Program-made: the position numbers and the translations under genes
Shown here: positions 8,981 through 19,066 of the stretch, in pieces
Layout of the letters: every line of letters starts with the position of its first letter
How positions within the stretch are numbered: position 1 is the stretch's first letter
Origin: Candidatus Entotheonellaceae bacterium
GTDB taxonomy: Bacteria; Tectomicrobia; Entotheonellia; Entotheonellales; Entotheonellaceae
DNA length: 64,000 bases
Assembly: GCA_965238075.1 (NCBI GenBank)
Contig: OZ250173.1
Coordinates: 2,592,001-2,656,000 of the forward strand
Direction of reading: 5' to 3'
Notes under the pieces: generated by a model
What the model was told of the DNA's origin: nothing
Seen by the model: only the letters and a program-made list of their open reading frames with translations
The model's database searches: none

Positions 8981-9430
8981 CTATGCCAATTCGCCGACGA
9001 CGCGCAGCATCTCCTGCGGGTCCGGCAGCACGCCCGGCGAATAGGTCTGCCGGTAGCGGATGAGGCCGCCTTTGTCGATGATAATCACCCCGCGCCGCGA
9101 GGTGCCCCGCTCCTCGTTCCACAGATCGTACGTCTGCGCCACCTGCCCCTTCGGGTGCCAATCCGACATCTCCGGGTACGGCAGGCCGCCCATGGTGGCG
9201 GCCCAGGCCCGATGCGCAGCGACGTGATCACAGCTAATCCCCAACACCTGGGTATCGAGCTCCTCCAGCCGGTCGTGAATACGCCGGAAGGAGACCGCCT
9301 GCTCGGTTCAGCCGCCGGTGAAATCGAAAATGTGGAAGGAGAGGATGACGTGCTTTTGCCCGCGGTACTGGCTCAGGGTGATGTCGCCGTCTGTCGATGG
9401 AAGGGTAAACTCAGGCGCCGTCTGACCCAC
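8981..9430 (-). CDS. Selenocysteine-containing peroxiredoxin (AhpC/TSA, AhpE/BCP-like); Sec TGA at 9310-9308; start uncertain
   Basis: Continuous frame VGQTAPEFTLPSTDGDITLSQYRGQKHVILSFHIFDFTGG-U-TEQ...VLGISCD...SRRGVIIIDKGG; UGA at the peroxidatic Cys position (TxxC). Confidence 0.82.
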
Positions 9431-9569
9431 TGCCCTGCCATGGTGTGTCCTTTCCGTTAAGGATTTGCGTGAGGGTGTGCGGCTCCGGGTTCGGGAGCGG
9501 CGACAGTATAGCGTAATTCAGGTTGGCCGCATAAAGCGCCGTGGCCGTTAAGCAAAGCGTTGTTTTTGC

Positions 9570-9598
9570 TTGACTCACCTGGGGCAGAGGCATAGTGT
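9570..9598 (+). promoter_or_regulatory. Putative sigma70 promoter for the Fe-S/corrinoid-type gene
   Basis: TTGACT-17 nt-TAGTGT, about 50 nt upstream of the ATG at 9650. Confidence 0.4.
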
Positions 9599-9649
9599 GG
9601 CGACATCATACCGGTTCATGGTTCTTGGAATTGTGTAGGGAGGGTTAAG

Positions 9650-10900
9650 ATGGCAAAGCCAGTCAGTCACGTGGTAACACGACCGGGAAGGCGACAGGGT
9701 GATCCGGACGTCACGATCCCTGTTGCCGAAGAACTCGCCACCGTACCTGGAATTCCTCTCAAGGAAGAAGACCTCAGCTTTTACAGCCGGGTGTATCCTC
9801 AGGAAACGCAAAACATCGAGAAAGCCGCCGACCGCGAGTGGGTATGGACGGTCTACAGCGACGAGATGGCCGCCTACCGGCGCTATCACGATGAAGTCAG
9901 CGAGCCGCTCATCGACGCTGCCGCGGTTTCCGGCGATCTCGAGCCGACCGGTACGCCGGACCCGGAGCTGAACGTCACCGAGGCCATTCGCAGCAAAGCC
10001 CGTGAGCTGGGATTCAACGAGGCTGGGTTCACTAAGCACGACAAGCGCTTCACCTACACCCGCAAGAAACGCTGGATCAAATACCCGCACGCGATTTGCC
10101 TGGCCCTGGAACAGGATTACGTGCAGACGCAATCGATCCCCAGCATGGACGCGGAGTACGCCCACTTCGGCACCTACGAGATGGAAGGCGCGTTCCTGCT
10201 GGACCTGGCCGACTACATTCGCTCCCTGGGCTATCACGCCCAGGTGCACAGCCCCAATGACAACAGCGCTCCGTACATTCCCATGTTCGTCAGCGCGGGG
10301 CTGGGCCAACTCGGCGCCAATGGCCAGTTGCTGTCGCCGCACTTCGGGTCGCGCGCCCGTTTGGCGATGATCACCACCGACGCGCCGGTGACGCACGACG
10401 AGCCCGTCGATTACGGCATTCACGAATTCTGCCAGCGTTGCCAAGTGTGCGCCAACCGCTGCCCGGGCCGCGCCATCGTGCGCGACAAGGTGTGGTGGCG
10501 CGGTGTCGAAAAGAACAAGCTGATCTACGAACGCTGCCGTCCGGTGATGGCCCGCTACGAAGGCTGTGCCGTGTGCATGAAGACCTGCCCGATTCAGCGC
10601 TTCGGCATGCCCGCCGTCATGGAACACTTTGTCGAGACCGGTGAGGTGCTCGGCAAGGGCACGCACCTGCTTGAGGGCTATACCTTCAAGGAAAAGGGCT
10701 ATCACGGCCCCGGCGAGTTGCCGCAGTTTGACCGGCAGTTCTTCGAAATCCCGCACGGGCGCAAGGAAGACTGGCTGTTCGAGCAGTTCAAGGAACGCCT
10801 GATGAAGGAAGGGGTCCCCGAGGAGGGCGGCCTGCAAGAGTTCGCGCAGCAGGTCAAGGTCATCCTGGATCAGGGGAACTCGACCATCGGCGATGAGTAG
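9650..10900 (+). CDS. Reductive dehalogenase/QueG-like protein with two 4Fe-4S clusters
   Basis: LADYIRSLGYHA, AGLGQLGANGQLLSPHFGSRARLAMITTD, FCQRCQVCANRCP and CRP...CAVCMKTCP. Confidence 0.75.
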   Translation: MAKPVSHVVTRPGRRQGDPDVTIPVAEELATVPGIPLKEEDLSFYSRVYPQETQNIEKAADREWVWTVYSDEMAAYRRYHDEVSEPLIDAAAVSGDLEPTGTPDPELNVTEAIRSKARELGFNEAGFTKHDKRFTYTRKKRWIKYPHAICLALEQDYVQTQSIPSMDAEYAHFGTYEMEGAFLLDLADYIRSLGYHAQVHSPNDNSAPYIPMFVSAGLGQLGANGQLLSPHFGSRARLAMITTDAPVTHDEPVDYGIHEFCQRCQVCANRCPGRAIVRDKVWWRGVEKNKLIYERCRPVMARYEGCAVCMKTCPIQRFGMPAVMEHFVETGEVLGKGTHLLEGYTFKEKGYHGPGELPQFDRQFFEIPHGRKEDWLFEQFKERLMKEGVPEEGGLQEFAQQVKVILDQGNSTIGDE

Positions 10901-10934
10901 GTTTCAACTGACGATTTGACGAATGAAGTAACGT

Positions 10935-10963
10935 ACGGGGCCAGCGCGGTTAGCTGGCCCCGT
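10935..10963 (+). terminator. Hairpin, possible terminator
   Basis: Perfect 11-bp stem acggggccagc/gctggccccgt 35 nt after the stop; weak U-tract. Confidence 0.45.
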
Positions 10964-10994
10964 TGTGCTTCCGGCATCAGAAGGAGGGAAGGGG

Positions 10995-11180
10995 ATGTTT
11001 GAGAAGGACCATCTGGACGCCTTGTTTGCCGAACTGGACAGCGAATGGCGCGGCTCGGTCGATTTCGACCAACTAAGCCGCGATGCGCACCTCGGCATCG
11101 CCCTCAGCGACGCCGGCCGGCCCCTGGAGGACCGCATTGATTCCCGTGTGATCGCGCTTATCGACAAGCACAAGCCGTAA
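10995..11180 (+). CDS. Small hypothetical protein (61 aa)
   Basis: Strong SD (AAGGAGG), GC3-rich codon usage. Confidence 0.55.
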   Translation: MFEKDHLDALFAELDSEWRGSVDFDQLSRDAHLGIALSDAGRPLEDRIDSRVIALIDKHKP

Positions 11181-11275
11181 TGCCACCGCGCAAGAGCGCT
11201 TCGAGGTTCAGTCTCTTCGTTCTATATCGTTAGGCGTAGAGAGGGCTGCAACTCGGACGTGTAAAAGGCGGGGGC

Positions 11276-11500
11276 ATGATGGACCTTCAGCCTGTAACCC
11301 TGGCTCAACTGCTGCAACCGGTCGTGACGGCTGGCATCGGCTTGGCACAATGTGTCCTGATATGGACTGGCCTGCGACAGATGCGAGCAGCCTCGGCAGC
11401 AAGGGACCGGCAACTGGATGCCACGGACCGAAAGACAGATGCCCAACTGGGAGCGCTATCGGTTCTCATTGAGCGGACCGGCGGCAGGGGAACGGTCTGA
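11276..11500 (+). CDS. Small hypothetical membrane-anchored protein
   Basis: Hydrophobic N-terminal segment followed by a helical charged tail. Confidence 0.45.
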   Translation: MMDLQPVTLAQLLQPVVTAGIGLAQCVLIWTGLRQMRAASAARDRQLDATDRKTDAQLGALSVLIERTGGRGTV

Positions 11501-11619
11501 ATGGATTAAAGCCTTCTTTTCTCGACTTCGAAGCGGGTCGCCTCAGGCCGGAATTTCAACATCGTCCTTCTTACCCTTTCAACCGCGAATGGAGATGACA
11601 CCCTCTTAGCCTGTGGTCC

Positions 11620-12081
11620 TTACGTTTGGAGTTCCCCCAGACATGCCTGCCAGCGGCGCGACAACTCTTCGAGGCACTGCTGCGTCGAATCCGCCCGTCC
11701 GTCACCGTGCTGAAAGACCGACGCGCTGTGGTCGGTGAGGCCTCGTACTGCGGTACGCAGACGGGCCTGGGCCTGTTCCATCTGGTCGGCCAACTGGGCC
11801 ACGGTGCGTCCGGTCAGGCGGCCAACGGCGCGGGCGTCCATGTCGTCGGCTGAAGCATGGATGCGGACCGGCGCGCCGCCCGCGGCTACCGATTCCATGC
11901 CGTCGGCGGCCGTTGCGCTCCACCACACGAGCTGGCACAGTGTTTCGCGCGGCCCATACGTCCCCATTTTGATTCTGCCCTCGGTTTCCAACTGACGAAG
12001 CTGTGTCAGTCCCGTCTCAACCTGTTTATCCAACGCTGTAATCAGGTCGTCAATCGATAGCGTCTCTGTCATGTGAAGCAT
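11620..12081 (-). CDS. Hypothetical protein, possibly a DinB/ClbS-like four-helix bundle
   Basis: GTYGPRETLCQLVWW and terminal ELSRRWQACLGEL resemble DinB helices but lack the His ligands; SD GGAGG. Confidence 0.5.
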   Translation of the reverse strand: MLHMTETLSIDDLITALDKQVETGLTQLRQLETEGRIKMGTYGPRETLCQLVWWSATAADGMESVAAGGAPVRIHASADDMDARAVGRLTGRTVAQLADQMEQAQARLRTAVRGLTDHSASVFQHGDGRADSTQQCLEELSRRWQACLGELQT

Positions 12082-12327
12082 CCCCTCCTAAGGTCCCGTC
12101 ATTGATCGTTTACCAGCATGCGGAAAGCCTGATAGTGCGTTGTTATAGACGCGGCATGGGCGGGTGTCAACAAAGCCGGACGTGTGAAAAGGTGGCAATA
12201 TGTGTAGACATTCACAAACGGATGGGCTATAGAAAACGCGTGTTTCTGACATGAATTCAGGCGCTGATTCGCCCGCCGGAATGGGGGTCGACAGGCCGCC
12301 ACGCCGGACACTAGAGGAGGCAAAACT

Positions 12328-12684
12328 GTGGAAGAGCGAACGATACTGACGGCACTGGGGAATATCGTGGATTCTCTTGGGACGTTGTCGCTCGTTGCGA
12401 CAGCGCCGGACGATCCCTTGGCGCTGCCGGAGCCTCCAGGCCCGGAGCAGATCGCGGCGTATGAGACGCACGTCAGCGCGGTCAAAGACCAAGTGGATGC
12501 GAGCTACCACTCCCTGCTGGCCATGTCGGTGCGGGATTACCAGGCGGGCTACGCCGACCGCGCGGGGCTGTACCTGCTGGAGTTTCTGGGCAAACTCAAG
12601 GAAGAGCCCGACTATGACCGGACCTTCTCCGCCGAGGGCCAGCGCACCCTGGCCACGTGTGTCGCCGACCTGCGCGAGCTTTAA
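12328..12684 (+). CDS. Hypothetical protein
   Basis: SD GAGGAGG before GTG; coding-like codon bias. Confidence 0.6.
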   Translation: MEERTILTALGNIVDSLGTLSLVATAPDDPLALPEPPGPEQIAAYETHVSAVKDQVDASYHSLLAMSVRDYQAGYADRAGLYLLEFLGKLKEEPDYDRTFSAEGQRTLATCVADLREL

Positions 12685-12750
12685 GGGTGTCCACCAACAT
12701 CGAACAAGACAACGTTTGACAAACCTGCCATCAATCAACACGTTGCGGCT

Positions 12751-12804
12751 ATGATCAAGAGCATCAAGCACAAGGCGCTCCGCAACTACTGGAGATGTCC
12801 CTGA
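12751..12804 (+). pseudogene. 5' remnant of a HigB-type (plasmid maintenance killer) toxin
   Basis: MIKSIKHKALRNYW then stop; resembles the MIKSFKHKGL N-terminus of HigB/RelE toxins; broken just before a MITE. Confidence 0.6.
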
Positions 12805-12820
12805 ACGCATACGGATGTCT

Positions 12821-13198
12821 TAGAGCGGTTTTCGCGCCTATATGGGGATATCCGCAGCGGTGTAAGGCGTCGGACAAAGACGTGCACCCGAGCGGCCCTG
12901 CGCCTGCGTTGGCGTAACCCCCCAACCCCCCCTTGTCAGGGGGGCTTTGGAGGTGTTGTCCTTGTGCCCTTGCGGTCTTCAGAAATTCCCCCCTGATAAG
13001 GGGGGCAAGGGGGTTCTATCCCCGACAACAAATCCCTGGCCGAAAAGGCGCGTTAGAGCCGCAAAAACCCAACCCCCGCAGAGCCCATGTGCTGGACGAG
13101 GTCCTGCAAAACAAACGCCGCGGTCACGAACGATCTCGATGCGGCGCATCACAACATGACGCGTAGATGGGCCAGACATACGAACGCAAACCGCTCTA
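12821..13198. mobile_element. 378-bp MITE with TA ends (IS630/Tc1-like termini) and an internal REP pair
   Basis: TIRs TAGAGCGGTTTTCG / CGCAAACCGCTCTA (13 of 14 match); internal inverted pair ccccccttgtcagggggg and cccccctgataagggggg. Confidence 0.7.
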
Positions 13199-13217
13199 TG
13201 GCCTGGGAGGTGAGATC

Positions 13218-13640
13218 ATGCTTTCCAAATCCGCCGCACGGGCGTTCTTTCTGATCGGCACCGTCGGGTTTTCGGTCATTTTCCTGCTGCTGACGCTCGA
13301 CACCATCCGTCGCGTGCCGGATCAGACCAACGCCGCTAACCTGACGCCGTAGGCGATTGCGGGCAAGCACCTGTGGGACAAGAACAACTGCATGGGCTGC
13401 CACACCATCCTGGGCGAGGGCGCCTATTACGCGCCGGAGCTGACCAAGGTATACGAACGGCGCGGGCCGGCGTTCATCAAGGCGATGTTGCGCGACCCGG
13501 AGGCCATGTATCCCGGGCAGCGGCGCATGGTGAAGTACGACTTCACGGACGAGGAAATGGAGGCCATGGTCGCCTTCCTCAAGTGGATCGGCGAGATGGA
13601 CCTCAACGGCTTTCCGCCCGAGCCCACCTTGCTGCCATGG
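13218..13640 (+). pseudogene. norC: Nitric oxide reductase cytochrome c subunit, in-frame TAG at 13350-13352
   Basis: MLSKSAARAFFLIGT TM anchor; after the stop: GKHLWDKNNCMGCHTILGEGAYYAPELTKV...RRM...GFPP. Confidence 0.85.
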
Positions 13641-13659
13641 CGGTGCAGACGCCGGTGGC

Positions 13660-14456
13660 CAAGGATGCGGTGGCCGCTATTCTGCGCAAGCACGCCCGTG
13701 TGATGTGCGAGGTGCGCCTGCTGCTCGACAAGCTGCGGCATCAACGCCGGTTGCGGAACCGGCAAACCGAGGGGACGGACATTGACGTTGACGCGGTCGT
13801 GGACCGCTACGCCACGGTGCGCGGCGGTCAGCGGCCCGACGACCGGCTGTACCTGGCGCAGCGGCGGCAGCGGCGTGATCTGGTGACCCTGCTGCTGATC
13901 GACATGAGCGCTTCGACCGACGCCTGGATTGAGGGCTCACGGGTACTCGACATCGCCACGGAATCGGCGCTGGTGCTGGGGGAGGTGTTGTCGCAGTGGG
14001 GGGATCGGGTCGGCATGGCCGGGTTCTACAGCAATACCCGGCGTGACTGCCGATTCGTCATGCTGAAGCCGTTTGACGCCGACTGGCACCGCAGCCGAGC
14101 CGCTGCTCACGGGTCTCGAACCGACGGGCTACACCCGCATCGGCCCCGCCGTGCGCCATGGCACCGCGCTGCTGCAGGGCCAGCGGTCCGCCAGGAAGCT
14201 GTTGCTGTTGCTGTTGCTCAGCGACGGCAAGCCGATCGATTACGACCGCTATGAGGGGCGCTACGGCATCGCCGACATTCGCCAGGCCATTCGGGAAGCG
14301 CACCACAGCCGCATCCACACCTACGCCCTGGCCATCGACGTGCAGGCGAAGCTTTACCTGCCGCAGATGTTCGGCAGCGGTTCGTTCCGCATCCTGCCGC
14401 ACCCGACGCATCTGGTGCGCGGCTTGTCCGAGGTGTACGGTCAATTGGCGCGTTGA
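13660..14456 (+). pseudogene. norD: C-terminal vWA part of the NO reductase activation protein, 5'-deleted and frameshifted near 14100
   Basis: RQTEGTDIDVDAVVD, LLIDMSAST in one frame; GYTRIGPAVRH, LSDGKPIDYDRYEGRYGIAD in another. Confidence 0.85.
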
Positions 14457-14498
14457 GACGGCGGCGCGATGGCCGCCGTCAAAAGCAAAGGCAGGGAG

Positions 14499-16894
<2,396 letters not shown>

Positions 16895-16973
16895 ACTTCC
16901 TCCCATTCTGAATTCAGATAAACGAGAGCAGCGCTCTCAATAGGTTTCACATGAATAGCCGAGCCTTCCGTTG

Positions 16974-17051
16974 GTCATTCCGGCGGGAAGCCGGAACCCA
17001 GCGGCCTGGGCCACCAGAAAATTCCTGAACTCCGGCATTTGCCGGAGTGAC
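16974..17051. repeat. Palindromic repeat, family A
   Basis: gtcattccggcgggaagccggaaccca ... tgaactccggcatttgccggagtgac. Confidence 0.75.
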
Positions 17052-17104
17052 GTGGATTTGCCAGCGAAAGGTAGGCATCGGGGACTTACTTACGCAGGTA
17101 ATTC

Positions 17105-18103
17105 CTAACCCTGGGGAAACAGATCGTGCATTTCGGGAATGACCCACAGCGGCGGCTCGCCGGCGGCAACGCGCCGGATGTTGGCGTAGCCGTTGTGGAA
17201 ACGCTTGCGGAAGCTGTCCACGGTAGGTCCGGCGCTGTGCGGCGTCAGCGTCACGTTGGGCAAGGTGAGCAACGGGTTGGACGGGTCCGTCGGTTCCTGC
17301 GCCAGGGTGTCGAGCCCGGCGGCCAGGATACGGCCTTGCTGCAGGGCGTCGAACAGCGCCGCCTCGTCCACCACCTCGCCGCGGCAGGTGTTGATCAGGA
17401 CCGCCTTGGTCTTCATGCGGGCCAGCGCCCCGGCGTTCATCATGTCCCGGGTGTCGTGGTTGAGGGGCACGTGCAGGCTCACCACGTCGGCAGTTTCCAG
17501 CAAGGTTTCCAACGACACGTAGCGCACGCCGAGGCGTTCTTCCTCCTCGGCGCTGCGCCGGAAGGCGTCGTGATAGATGACGCTAGCGTCGAACGCCCTG
17601 ATCCGCTGGGCCACCTGCTGGCCGATGTTGCCCAGGCCGACGAGGCCGACCGTCTTCCCGGCCAACTCGTACATGTCGACCGTGCGTGGGACGCCGCTGT
17701 GCCACTTACCGGCGGCCACGTTTTGATGCAAGACGACAAGCTTGCGGTACACGGCCAGCATAAGCATGATGGCGTGCTCGGCCACCGCCACCGAATTGGC
17801 GCCGCCGTTTGAGCACACCGGCACCCGCGCCGCTCGCGCCCCGGCGATGTTGACCTGGTCGTACCCAGCGCTCAGTACCTGCACCAGCTTGAGCCGCGTC
17901 GCCGCCGCAAACGCCTCGTCCGGCAGATGCCGCACAAAGCCCAGCAGGTACTCCGCCTCACGCATGGCGGCCGCGATTTCGCCGTCCGGCGTGCCAACCG
18001 GCAGATGCTGCAGGCTGAACCCCTCGGGCGCCATGTCACCTGCCAGAGCCACGATATCGGGCGGCATCTCAATACCCTGCGTGAAAACAATCGTTTCCTG
18101 CAC
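17105..18103 (-). CDS. D-isomer-specific 2-hydroxyacid dehydrogenase
   Basis: AGYDQV, SVAVAEHA, GLGNIG, INTCRGEVVDE, LD...EP, TPHSAG. Confidence 0.92.
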   Translation of the reverse strand: MQETIVFTQGIEMPPDIVALAGDMAPEGFSLQHLPVGTPDGEIAAAMREAEYLLGFVRHLPDEAFAAATRLKLVQVLSAGYDQVNIAGARAARVPVCSNGGANSVAVAEHAIMLMLAVYRKLVVLHQNVAAGKWHSGVPRTVDMYELAGKTVGLVGLGNIGQQVAQRIRAFDASVIYHDAFRRSAEEEERLGVRYVSLETLLETADVVSLHVPLNHDTRDMMNAGALARMKTKAVLINTCRGEVVDEAALFDALQQGRILAAGLDTLAQEPTDPSNPLLTLPNVTLTPHSAGPTVDSFRKRFHNGYANIRRVAAGEPPLWVIPEMHDLFPQG

Positions 18104-18121
18104 CCCGTCCTCCGAAACAAT

Positions 18122-18149
18122 CGGTCGGATTCGCGACTCGTAATCCGAC
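18122..18149. repeat. GTAG-type REP, family C (degenerate)
   Basis: gtcggattcgcgactcgtaatccgac resembles 61278-61308. Confidence 0.6.
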
Positions 18150-18363
18150 TTGTCGCTTGATCGGTTGCCGCTTAAAGCTAAGTACCCTACCTTAGCCCAT
18201 TGTCTGACTGCAAGTTTTTTTCCGTGCGTTCAGGGGTGTGGAAAGTGAACAGGGTAGAGTCGGTGGATGGTTGACCTCGCCGGGTGGGAGCAGGGATGGC
18301 ATCGGTTGACGACATGACATTGTGTAGCTACGATCTTGTCGTTATGAAATTGAAGCTAAGCCA

Positions 18364-18654
18364 TTGCGCTGGACGTGGGACGACGCCAAGAACCGCGTCA
18401 ATAAACGGAAGCATCGCCTCAGCTTCGAGACGGCGCAATTCGTATTCGATGACCCGCTGTCGGCGCACCGCCCGGATCTGGGTTCGGACGAAGAACGATG
18501 GCACACCATCGGTATGATCAGCGGCGTGGTCGTGATCGTGGCGCATACATGGCCCGAACCGCAACCTGGAAGCCATGTCGAAGTGGGTCGTATCATCAGT
18601 GCTCGGAAAGCCACGACGCATGAAAGGAGAGCCTATGAAGAAGGGAGTTACTAA
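18364..18654 (+). CDS. brnT: BrnT family toxin
   Basis: WDDAKNRVNKRKH.LSFE, EERW.TIG, RIISARKAT.HERR.Y. Confidence 0.9.
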   Translation: MRWTWDDAKNRVNKRKHRLSFETAQFVFDDPLSAHRPDLGSDEERWHTIGMISGVVVIVAHTWPEPQPGSHVEVGRIISARKATTHERRAYEEGSY

Positions 18655-18925
18655 AAAACTCACTCAGGAACAAAAGGCGGAGGTCCGGACGCTTGCGAAC
18701 CTTCCCGACGAGGCGATCGATACCAGCGACGTGCCTGAGATTCTGGATTGGTCCGGTGCTAGGCGCGGTCTCCTGTACCGGCCGGTCAAGCAACAGATCA
18801 CCCTGCGGCTGGATGCCGACGTGGTGTCATGGTTCAAAGCAAACGTTCCGAACGGCCGGGGCTACCAGACCGAGATCAACCGCGTGCTTCGCGAGCATGC
18901 TCGACGAGCTTTGAGTCAGGCGTAG
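18635..18925 (+). CDS. brnA: BrnA family antitoxin
   Basis: IDTSDVPE, YRPVKQQITLRLDADVVSWFK, GYQTEINRVLR; overlaps brnT. Confidence 0.9.
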   Translation: MKKGVTKKLTQEQKAEVRTLANLPDEAIDTSDVPEILDWSGARRGLLYRPVKQQITLRLDADVVSWFKANVPNGRGYQTEINRVLREHARRALSQA

Positions 18926-19066
18926 GGGCACCCGCCCGCCGTTGCCCCATCACAAATTTGCTTTTGCCTTCAAGCCGCAAGGTGTGCTACGGTTGCCGGA
19001 TTCTGCAGGTTGTTCCGATCTCCTCAACACGATCAATCGTTGCAAGACAATAAGCGGGACTCGTCT

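Noticed and set aside
9460-9650. Cobalamin riboswitch upstream of the RdhA/QueG-like gene
   Set aside because: No B12-box or conserved core recognisable by eye; an Rfam scan would settle it.
11229-11500. GTTAGGC core-like site before a small ORF as a second gene cassette
   Set aside because: No complementary inverse core or attC-like stem found downstream.
13350-13352. In-frame TAG in norC as pyrrolysine or readthrough
   Set aside because: It sits at a non-catalytic linker position, and the locus has other lesions (no norB/norQ, truncated and frameshifted norD), so a nonsense mutation is simpler.
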